From IMG/VR virus record IMGVR_UViG_3300025018_000100: a DNA stretch of 64,000 nt. One strand, given 5' to 3'. Under the pieces are notes generated by a model, which saw only the letters and a program-made list of their open reading frames with translations, was not told where the DNA came from and made no database searches. A program made the translations under genes and the position numbers. The stretch's first letter is position 1. Each line of letters opens with the position of its first letter. The stretch comes from a virus. Shown here in pieces: positions 49,201 through 56,423 of this stretch.

Positions 49201-49331
49201 GAAGATATTTCGGTTACTAATATAGGAATAGTTCCGGCTATACCTATAAATCCATTTTTTCCTGTTATAGCAGCAGTGTCTCCATTAGAAACATCACCTA
49301 TACTATTAGCTGTAAAATATAAACTTGCCAT
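46248..49331 (-). CDS. Large tail-tip/fibre protein with FN3-like domains (C-terminal gpJ-like part)
   Basis: VRARN..GRRS, GKSAPP.NI, Y.FKTKDTS.NES; coupled to J by TAATG. Confidence 0.7.
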   Translation of the reverse strand: MASLYFTANSIGDVSNGDTAAITGKNGFIGIAGTIPILVTEISSIDMDSNVLLNVEGLNLLEDKNFSNHLLEVNDGFFNGLKGLDYISVPVNEKSNTGAALDFVGYNPSVTQYSSNILSYNISANTITFENEQSQGVGLFDVLPTPPFYAKLAQIIDTRFFTSKKFYITGSNKYRQVVNNVENLTGSNTFDLKIKPRTSNEITVWVDGNIEPKGAWVWDNLSNITLDISSGTRLLKTRVDYYTAPAVEIGDNISFYSENVYAVANVSYDISSPTYNVDLTTANFYEIELRDNIKANVSGLTFVNISNDIVGLIGNVDVVANSFSLDYNENVYTGNFNLANNQLYNIQVPLDFKPVTLSSDRVLKDVNPGISIVRARNMNSSGRRSPFVRKEVQINEIPIKKVDNLTISEQLYKDTSQGIIVRAVISFDAILDQEVSDYEVSFKLNSSSADLSTFNTVKLPASGIDSDGKIRYVINNLDRGRISAINSITVRVVPLNKGIRGITAEASQSIIGKSAPPLNIQGVAGGQEGQTLKFIWKVPTNSDGTVVDLDLNEIIIKRLGGIVDPADAASKWPIADPVAKVATPANSVTLSIGNYGVYTYFFKTKDTSSNESEEIRTLTISTQRPARIDAYKAWSEDEPSSNIITGQPNEAPFENNYPSFADSLGGLSSASSGLVDNANGSSSGWTVISGSPTDLLADDNATYTTQIRDVGSVITGSIIVTANGSQGITSTFNDLKEIILTGATETSPGDNVLVDVDFGGIGHILGFDNATAAVVSYNSYFRTLTSGGDAGNVYAIWNAGQYVGDDANANSWALIAGVINANAIALGDSYWANGMPTGTNLLSNINSSTSYELVNLEQFIDDTGQLTFQGQNGIIDTNLEYRYTTANPYYANGNVNALVFSDGVTNDGWKPYGGSTINFRWFQVRFNVQNSQPNQADYLLDKLNYSIDIENKIYTETITVTTSPQSIDFSNRQFIEPPNITLTLGSDNNYLPVLIPGWSKDGANINVYSNTGSAVTGVEVTVTAIGV

Positions 49332-52306
49332 TAATTAATTCTCTCAATAATTTTAGTAGATGAAGGACTAGCGTATTCAAACTCAGTTCTTAAATCTAGT
49401 GGATATGCCGAAGTATCAGTTCTAGCATCAATTTCTAATTCATATGTTGTAGACCCATCAGCTAACCTTCTAGCTCTTGGTATTACATTTAATATAGGTG
49501 CTGGTGGAGCAATTAATGGACTGATAGTATCTATATATTTAACAGGAATATAATTTATAAGAGTATCACTATCAATATAAACATTAGATACATATTCACT
49601 AGCAGAAATCTGAATTTGGTCATCACCTCTTCTAGTTAATTGATTAACTTTGAATAATTTCTCACCTTGATTGGTATAAAAATTAGATGGGTCAATCTCC
49701 CCAATGGACCATAAGTCTCCTTTTACTGGGACATTATTACTAGTCCAATCTATATTAAAACCAAAAGTACTAAAAGTTTTGGAGTCTGGAATAAATCTTT
49801 GACTTACCGCTACCTCTACAAGATCAATACCAGATTGAGTATTGCCTGTTACATCAGCAGAAAAAGTGTTTGATAATAAATATAAACTTAATCTATCAGA
49901 TTCCATATTAATTACTCGTAATGCGAGAGGTTTCGTATTACTAGTAAATACGCTCTGACTTAATGCAGGAGAGGTAAAATGTTCTAATATAACAGTATCT
50001 TCTCCTATAACAGAATTACTAGCCACCCTTCCTGCGTAACCCCAAGCAGTTCCCGGCATTCTTTGAGATACACTAATAACATCACCGATAGTTAAATTAA
50101 CCGCTTCACTAGGAACGGTGAAATCAATTTTTCTTCTAATATATTTAGTAGATGCAATTAAATATTGAGCAAACCTAATAGCTTGCCCTCGTCTAGTACA
50201 ACCAGTAGCTTCAATTTGTTTTACATTCTCAATTTGATTTAATTCTCTTAAAGATTGAGGATCGTCTACTCGTACTGTTTCTCTCTTATAATGGTTATTA
50301 GGTTCAATATAACTAATTTCTACTCCGGTAATTAATTCTGATTCCTTAATACCGCTAATATTAACACTATCTTTGATAATATTAGCTTCACTGAAGTGAG
50401 CTACAGGAACTTCGTCGGGTAAATCCACATTAAGAGTAATTTTACCCCCACTATAGAATAGTACTCCACGGAAAATAGCAGCTACCTTCTGAATAATATC
50501 AAAAACCTGAGCCTGTGAACTTAATAATAAATCACAAATAAATCTACGCTCTTTAATAGCAATACCTGCATTTAGCCCGATTAATGCCTCGTTTACGGCA
50601 GTAAATCTATTTCTAGGCTTATATCTAAATGTACTGTCACTATATCCTACTACCCCATCAAATCTGCCGGTTTTTGGATTTACAGCATCACAGTATTGAG
50701 CAATTTTATAGAATCTATATTTATCAATATTAGCTTCTGGTATACCTAAACCATAAGTTGAATTAGTTAAAATATCATATAAAATCCAAGCAGGATTCTG
50801 AGTCCAAGCATAACTAAAAGTTCCGTCCCAAAAACCTTTGTAAATTTCTGGGTTATCTTCTGTTAGTACGGTACTACCAGTAGCCTGAAGTCTATATCCA
50901 TTAGCTTGGTAGCTGTTAATATTTGTTCCTGTAGGATCATTTACTACTTCTATTTCTCGCCAATCCACTTGGAAAGTAGAACTATTAAAGTCGGGAATAA
51001 TAGGCTGATTATAATTACTAGGTACCTTACATAACATACCTTTTACAATAGAGGTAAATGTTGGAATACCGCCTCGATATTCTGCAACAGCTTTAATAGC
51101 ATAGCCGATTACAGCTGTTCTTGTGTAAGCTACATCTTCGTGAGTTATTTCATCCCAAGAAATAAACTGAATAGCATCCTGAATTTTAGAACTATCACTG
51201 TCATTACTAGTTTTTTCTATAGTAAATCTATGACCACTAGAGCTTTTTGAAGCTTCTGGAATGGGAATATCGACAGTATATTTATACTGTACGTTAGTTT
51301 TCCCATCAATAGTAATAGGTTTTTCTGCAATTATATTAGAACCCGTATTATCATATACAGTAATCTTAGTAGCTACACTCCCAGAAAAAACATTTCCTTT
51401 ATCATCCATAGTTTGTAAAGCATTAATAACGAATACAAATCTTAGTACATCAATTCTAGACACACTAGTGTTTTGTAATACTACAGCAGCTCTAGGAATA
51501 CCTTCTAAATTACCTTTCTTTAGAGTAACAGGGTTACTTAGAGATTGAGGTACGACTGTTTCTTCACCAAAAATGTTTAGAGGTGTTTGAGTTAATGTAC
51601 CTGTAGTACTATCAGTATAAAAATATTCAGTGTTAATAGTACCATCAGTACTTAGATTAAGTAAGTCATCAATGTTACCATCATTAATTTCAATATCCTG
51701 AGGACCGTTTGGGTTAATTCTATATACAGGACCTTCACTAAGAGCTACAGTAACAAACATAATATCTGTAGAAAACAAATTATTTGGACTTTCTACCCCA
51801 GGGGCTGCAGTAGCACCCTTTCCACCACCTTTATTATGAACTAAAATATTATTAGCTATATAAGTATGATTATTTTCTACGGTTAAATTATACACAATAT
51901 CAACTTCTTTAGTAGTTTTACTAGCAATAGCTGTCATAGTACCAGTTTCTTGTACTAAACAATCTCCCTCTTTAAGAAGGCTTGCAGGTAAAAAGTCACC
52001 ATCTGGGGTTAAAATCCAGTGGTTATCTGTTACTACTAATTCGGTTTTATTCCATAATTTAAATACATGTACAGTATGTTTCTGTTCATGAATGTGAATT
52101 TGTGTTACTCTTTGTTGAGTAAAATTACCTTCACTATCATAACTAGTAACGTAAGTATCAACTCTAATATCTTCAATAGCAAGTTGACCGTTAGCTGTAG
52201 ATATCAAAGTACCTTCAGCGAAGCAACCACCCTTCCCGCCATGAATAAATGGAACTTTTTTATCTGCTATATTGAAATAATATTTAAAATTGTGGTTATT
52301 AAACAT
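49331..52306 (-). CDS. Central tail fibre/tip attachment protein gpJ-like, with N-terminal Hint domain
   Basis: KGGGKG..ESPNNLFS..ALSEGP, VPSNY, WDGTF..AWTQNPAWILYD, IAQYCD, GCTRRGQAIR (lambda J motifs). Confidence 0.92.
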   Translation of the reverse strand: MFNNHNFKYYFNIADKKVPFIHGGKGGCFAEGTLISTANGQLAIEDIRVDTYVTSYDSEGNFTQQRVTQIHIHEQKHTVHVFKLWNKTELVVTDNHWILTPDGDFLPASLLKEGDCLVQETGTMTAIASKTTKEVDIVYNLTVENNHTYIANNILVHNKGGGKGATAAPGVESPNNLFSTDIMFVTVALSEGPVYRINPNGPQDIEINDGNIDDLLNLSTDGTINTEYFYTDSTTGTLTQTPLNIFGEETVVPQSLSNPVTLKKGNLEGIPRAAVVLQNTSVSRIDVLRFVFVINALQTMDDKGNVFSGSVATKITVYDNTGSNIIAEKPITIDGKTNVQYKYTVDIPIPEASKSSSGHRFTIEKTSNDSDSSKIQDAIQFISWDEITHEDVAYTRTAVIGYAIKAVAEYRGGIPTFTSIVKGMLCKVPSNYNQPIIPDFNSSTFQVDWREIEVVNDPTGTNINSYQANGYRLQATGSTVLTEDNPEIYKGFWDGTFSYAWTQNPAWILYDILTNSTYGLGIPEANIDKYRFYKIAQYCDAVNPKTGRFDGVVGYSDSTFRYKPRNRFTAVNEALIGLNAGIAIKERRFICDLLLSSQAQVFDIIQKVAAIFRGVLFYSGGKITLNVDLPDEVPVAHFSEANIIKDSVNISGIKESELITGVEISYIEPNNHYKRETVRVDDPQSLRELNQIENVKQIEATGCTRRGQAIRFAQYLIASTKYIRRKIDFTVPSEAVNLTIGDVISVSQRMPGTAWGYAGRVASNSVIGEDTVILEHFTSPALSQSVFTSNTKPLALRVINMESDRLSLYLLSNTFSADVTGNTQSGIDLVEVAVSQRFIPDSKTFSTFGFNIDWTSNNVPVKGDLWSIGEIDPSNFYTNQGEKLFKVNQLTRRGDDQIQISASEYVSNVYIDSDTLINYIPVKYIDTISPLIAPPAPILNVIPRARRLADGSTTYELEIDARTDTSAYPLDLRTEFEYASPSSTKIIERIN
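51833..52225 (-). mobile_element. Minimal Hint (intein/BIL-like) domain, 131 aa, with Lys at +1
   Basis: GG|CFAEGTLI ... VTDNH ... VYNLTV ... YIANNILVHN|KGG; no endonuclease. Confidence 0.9.
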
Positions 52307-53075
52307 TAAATTCTTCTCCTACCTTTACTATATCATTTTTACCGTGGTTCGCTGTCTTTACATACCCACTAACAAACTGACCACCTTGTCTATGCATACC
52401 ATAAATTAAGGCTAGACTATTACTACTGTCGGTACTATTAGTTAAACTACCAAACGCATCATTATCTTTTCTGTCTTGAATATCGGTTTCTTGTTCGGGG
52501 GCACTGGGTTTTTTTTGAAATAAAGACATAATACCTCCAAGTATTAGATTAATTCCTATTCCCATCAGTGTTTGTGCAGCATATCCAGCTACTCCAGTAA
52601 GCCCACTATATGCTGCAGCACTTTGAGCAAGAAAACTACCTCCCGCAGCACCTCCCGCAGCTCCTCCAACAGCCGCGCCTCCAGCTGCTCCCCCAGCTGC
52701 CCCAACTGCTCCGCCAGCCGCTAATAAAGCAGGAAGAGCAAAAAAAGCAAACGCAGCTATAGCTGCACCAAGTATAATACCACTTTTACCACCCCCACCA
52801 CCACTAATCGTAGGAACTACATATACTTCAGTAATATATTTTGGATTTTTTATTATAGTTGTTTCGGTAATCAGTTTCTTATCTTGATCTAAAATTAATA
52901 ATAAATCCTTACTAGTTTCGAAGTTACTAATATCAGTAAACTTTAAAATCAATTCTTCAAATGTACTTTTTAAAGCATAACTAAGACCTAAAAAATCAGC
53001 CACATCAAAAGTAAATTCTGATACATTACTTGTGTATTTATGAAGAGAGGTGTGAAAGTGTACTTTTATTTTCAT
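52299..53075 (-). CDS. Tail assembly protein I-like (ubiquitin-like N-terminus), copy 2
   Basis: MKIKVHFH beta-grasp start, VVPTISGGGG, Gly/Ala hydrophobic tract, FGSL.N..LIYG. Confidence 0.8.
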   Translation of the reverse strand: MKIKVHFHTSLHKYTSNVSEFTFDVADFLGLSYALKSTFEELILKFTDISNFETSKDLLLILDQDKKLITETTIIKNPKYITEVYVVPTISGGGGGKSGIILGAAIAAFAFFALPALLAAGGAVGAAGGAAGGAAVGGAAGGAAGGSFLAQSAAAYSGLTGVAGYAAQTLMGIGINLILGGIMSLFQKKPSAPEQETDIQDRKDNDAFGSLTNSTDSSNSLALIYGMHRQGGQFVSGYVKTANHGKNDIVKVGEEFNV

Positions 53076-53813
53076 TTAAAATTCCTCTCCTACATTTATC
53101 ATATCAGTCTTACCATGATTTTTAGTTTTTATATATCCGCTCACAAACTGACCACCAATTCTGTGCATTCCATATATAATACCTATCGCGCTTCTACTAT
53201 CTGTACTATTAGCAAGACTACCATAAGCATTATTCTCTGTTCTAGCCCCAGAATCAGGTACTTTTTGCTGGTTATTATTAATTTTAGGTTTTGGAGCTAA
53301 CCCAGAGAGTACCAACGAAAAACCTATACTTAAAGCTAATTGCCCTAAAGTAGTTAAACTTACTGTAGTAGCAGCGGCTGCTGCGGCTGCTCCACTACCT
53401 GCTGCAGCGATAGCACCGCCACTAAGAGTAGCACCACCAGCTGTTGAGCTAGTAGCTAATAGACCTAAACTCGCACCACCTGTAAAGAAAGATAATGCAA
53501 CTGCAGCAATAATTATAATACCGGCAATTAGACCACCATTACCGCCGCCACCATTTATAATAGGTACTAACGTAATCTCTTTCTTAGGTTTAAAAAATAC
53601 TTCATCCATAGGTACTACTTTACCATCACTTACTAGTAAAGCTTCTTCTTTAAAGTTATCTTTAACTACTGTTCTAAAATAGTTTTCAAGGTCTGGAAAC
53701 ATATTAGCTGCTGCTGTAACAGCATCACAATAACTTGTTACGTTTACTGTAATACTATCTACACCATTAGTAAATTTAGTTAATAGCTTATGAAATCGTA
53801 AAGTTACCTGCAT
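53076..53813 (-). CDS. Tail assembly protein I-like (ubiquitin-like N-terminus), copy 1
   Basis: MQVTLRFH, LVPIINGGGG, hydrophobic tract, YGSLAN..IIYG. Confidence 0.8.
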   Translation of the reverse strand: MQVTLRFHKLLTKFTNGVDSITVNVTSYCDAVTAAANMFPDLENYFRTVVKDNFKEEALLVSDGKVVPMDEVFFKPKKEITLVPIINGGGGNGGLIAGIIIIAAVALSFFTGGASLGLLATSSTAGGATLSGGAIAAAGSGAAAAAAATTVSLTTLGQLALSIGFSLVLSGLAPKPKINNNQQKVPDSGARTENNAYGSLANSTDSRSAIGIIYGMHRIGGQFVSGYIKTKNHGKTDMINVGEEF

Positions 53814-53823
53814 CTATAAACCT

Positions 53824-54195
53824 CTATTTAAGGTGTCGAACCTCAAAAGGTTCATATCTTAACATTTTTAGTTTTTTATCGTACCAATAGATAAAGAACT
53901 TATCATTCCATCCCACAATAAATTTATAATTATCAAATGTTGTGCTGGCCATATCTTGTTCACTAGGAATAGGATTTTCATCACCAGGGTGACTATGAAA
54001 TATACCCCAACAAGTGTCCTCATGGTCTAATAATGCTACAGGGTCTAATACAAAACTAGTTTTAGGATATAGGCTAATATTTTTACAAAATACGTATTTA
54101 AAATCTTTAGTTATTAATCCGCACGCTTCTCTTGGGTAATCTGCGTGAGCATGTCTACCCATATCATCTTTTAATTTGTTATAAAGCTCTTCCAC
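53824..54195 (-). CDS. JAB/MPN+ metalloprotease (N-terminal half of lambda K)
   Basis: YPREACG ... HSHP ... PSEQD (E, HxH, S, D). Confidence 0.92.
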   Translation of the reverse strand: MEELYNKLKDDMGRHAHADYPREACGLITKDFKYVFCKNISLYPKTSFVLDPVALLDHEDTCWGIFHSHPGDENPIPSEQDMASTTFDNYKFIVGWNDKFFIYWYDKKLKMLRYEPFEVRHLK

Positions 54196-54611
54196 CTGTA
54201 ATGTCCTTCAGTGTATTGTTTGTAATAGTTACCATATGATCCGATCCAGCTATTTCTATCAATAGTAATTTGAAGTAATTTATTATCTCCAACGTACATT
54301 GCCACATGATTTGGCATATTTGTTGCGCCTAGAGTCATTACTATAATATCAAAAGGCCTCATTTCACCATTATGTATTTCAACCCAGCCATATTTTTCAT
54401 CTCTAAACATATTAAGAGGGTGGTGTAAATCTGGATGATTGTACCAATCATCATCGGTTATATTACAAAAGGTACTTGTACTATACCATATATCAATATC
54501 ATGTTCTTTCTTTAGTACATATTTGATTAAATTACCACAATCAATACCGGTTACTGGGTCTTCCCCTAAATGTTTATAGGGTAATCCTTTATATTTTTCA
54601 TACCAAGTCAT
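54171..54611 (-). CDS. NlpC/P60 peptidase (lambda K C-terminal-like), copy 2
   Basis: GLPY..G..GIDC ... NHVAMYVG. Confidence 0.85.
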   Translation of the reverse strand: MTWYEKYKGLPYKHLGEDPVTGIDCGNLIKYVLKKEHDIDIWYSTSTFCNITDDDWYNHPDLHHPLNMFRDEKYGWVEIHNGEMRPFDIIVMTLGATNMPNHVAMYVGDNKLLQITIDRNSWIGSYGNYYKQYTEGHYRWKSFITN

Positions 54612-55023
54612 AGTGTCTATAACATCCTATTAATATTTTTATATCATCTTCATTAAGTAATTTAAAAGTTGCGTATCCGTTAAAAGGTAAATGAATATAA
54701 GTACCTGCTTCAATATACATTCCAAAATGAACATGTCTCATATTTTTAGTTCTAAATATAAGAATATCATATTCTTGGATGTCTCGCAAATTAATTTTTT
54801 TCCAATTATTTATTTCGTTAATTATAGTTTCATAAGGTACAATTTGATACCATTTTGCATCAATATTAGTAACACCATCAGTACCTGCTCTACTTAAACA
54901 TTCTTTTAAATCTATATTTAGAAATCTATTATATATGTCAACAATTAAGGTTACGCAATTCATCCCCTGCCATTCATGTTTTATCTTAATGTAATGTTCA
55001 TATTTTTTTAAACCAGTGCTCAT
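54598..55023 (-). CDS. NlpC/P60 peptidase, copy 1
   Basis: GMNCVTLI ... YDILIF ... HFGMYI..G.YIH. Confidence 0.8.
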   Translation of the reverse strand: MSTGLKKYEHYIKIKHEWQGMNCVTLIVDIYNRFLNIDLKECLSRAGTDGVTNIDAKWYQIVPYETIINEINNWKKINLRDIQEYDILIFRTKNMRHVHFGMYIEAGTYIHLPFNGYATFKLLNEDDIKILIGCYRHYDLV

Positions 55024-56179
55024 AATAAGGAAAAACCTCTATAAAATTTTCATTTCTTATACTATCTAATTTATCTGTATAATTTTTAAATTTAGATAGA
55101 AGATGACTATTATCTTGATTGTTCATAAATTTTAACCATACTAATATATGATTAACCTCATTTAAATGTAATCTTTTATCGATAGATAAATATTCTTTAT
55201 ATTTTTTATTTATAATTCTCTTTTCTTCAATAGGTAAACATTGAATGCTTAAATAGTTAGGAAAATATAATAAAGTGCCGTTAAAAAATATATCGTGAGT
55301 TTTGCACCAGTCGATCAACCTTAGCATACTATGTATGCTGTATATGTTAATAACACTACTAATTGTAGTTATATATTGTTTAACTTCCAAGCAATTAGCT
55401 TCAAACTGATCCCAGTTTAGTCCTTTTCTACTATATTCTGCTTCTTTGCCCATACCGTCCATACTAGGCCATAATTCAACTTCGTTGAAGTGGCTCCATA
55501 GTTCAGGTAAATCATATTCTTTATAGCGAAGTACACTAAGATTAGTATTATATGTAAGTCTAAGATTGGTATATCCATTACTAATTAAATATTCTAGTAA
55601 TTCATAATGTTCATCCATCATTAGCGGCTCTCCGCCCGCAAAATAAATTTCTTCTACATTATCTATAAATGTCGGAATGTCGTCCCACAAAGCTGGTTTA
55701 TTCCAATTTTTATGAGGACCTTTGAAATTTGTTTTACCAGTTAATTTCTGCCAATCATTATACCATTTAGTACTACTTTCAGGCCCGCACATTCTACACC
55801 TAAAATTGCAAACATTACTGAATCTAATATCAAAATAAGAAATGGGCACATCTACACTACCGTCAGGGTTAGTTTTATCCCAAAGGTCATGTTTATGTAC
55901 CCATTTTTTATTTTGATCGGTTCTGAAACTAGTCCCGCGTTGAGCCGCTTCGCGGCTATGGCAGGTTAAATAACATTCTCTAGGTATCTCATTATTAATA
56001 TATTGACTTCTAATGTGTTTCATTGGATTGCCATTCCAAACAGCATTATAGCTATCTTCACTAGTACCTAATTCTGTTTTTTCTTTTTGGTTCTGCAAGT
56101 AACAACAAAGTCTATATTTACCTTCTACATCTCCGTGTATATGTATCCAAGGAAGGATACATTTGTTATTATCAGTCAT
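54998..56179 (-). CDS. Radical SAM enzyme with N-terminal twitch domain
   Basis: CILPW..RLCC..C.TC; CNFRCRMC; FAGGEP; YNTN; SMDG; ATG 56179 follows a GAGGGG SD. Confidence 0.92.
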   Translation of the reverse strand: MTDNNKCILPWIHIHGDVEGKYRLCCYLQNQKEKTELGTSEDSYNAVWNGNPMKHIRSQYINNEIPRECYLTCHSREAAQRGTSFRTDQNKKWVHKHDLWDKTNPDGSVDVPISYFDIRFSNVCNFRCRMCGPESSTKWYNDWQKLTGKTNFKGPHKNWNKPALWDDIPTFIDNVEEIYFAGGEPLMMDEHYELLEYLISNGYTNLRLTYNTNLSVLRYKEYDLPELWSHFNEVELWPSMDGMGKEAEYSRKGLNWDQFEANCLEVKQYITTISSVINIYSIHSMLRLIDWCKTHDIFFNGTLLYFPNYLSIQCLPIEEKRIINKKYKEYLSIDKRLHLNEVNHILVWLKFMNNQDNSHLLSKFKNYTDKLDSIRNENFIEVFPYYEHWFKKI

Positions 56180-56218
56180 TATTCCCCTCAAAATTTAAAT
56201 ACAATTATGACGTTTTAT

Positions 56219-56360
56219 AAAAAATAGCAAACTTCGTTTGTAAATTTATTGAATTAAAATTACGTATGTCCCAAATGGGCTACACGAGCCGTGCTAGCAT
56301 AACGTAAGACAATATAATTTTATTATGATAATTCAATAATAATAAAACTACGTTTTACAT
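56219..56360 (-). ncRNA. Candidate structured small RNA or attenuator leader (~140 nt)
   Basis: Upstream promoter, nested inverted repeats and 3' hairpin plus U-tract (see findings). Confidence 0.5.
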
Positions 56361-56365
56361 AAATA

Positions 56366-56394
56366 ATTGTATCATAATTTTTAATAATTGTCAA
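56366..56394 (-). promoter_or_regulatory. Sigma70 promoter with extended -10
   Basis: TTGACA-17 nt-TACAAT, with TGn immediately before the -10. Confidence 0.8.
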
Positions 56395-56423
56395 GTGTAT
56401 CTAGCAATTTTATTTTTTATATT

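Noticed and set aside
46248-49331. Many N-x-S/T sequons suggesting N-glycosylation
   Set aside because: About 20 by eye, roughly what the high Asn/Ser/Thr content would give by chance
49325-49337. Frameshift joining gpJ and the downstream 1027-aa protein
   Set aside because: A clean TAATG stop/start overlap like many others in this genome; no slippery site evident
6079-53826. Genome-wide TAG reassignment (genetic code 15)
   Set aside because: Long genes are intact in code 11 and TAG ends several genes (14947, 17273, 20870, 23398, 25493, 34437, 53824); only pth2 has an internal TAG
56260-56307. Hammerhead ribozyme at the three-way junction
   Set aside because: Core CUGANGA and GAAA are absent on both strands
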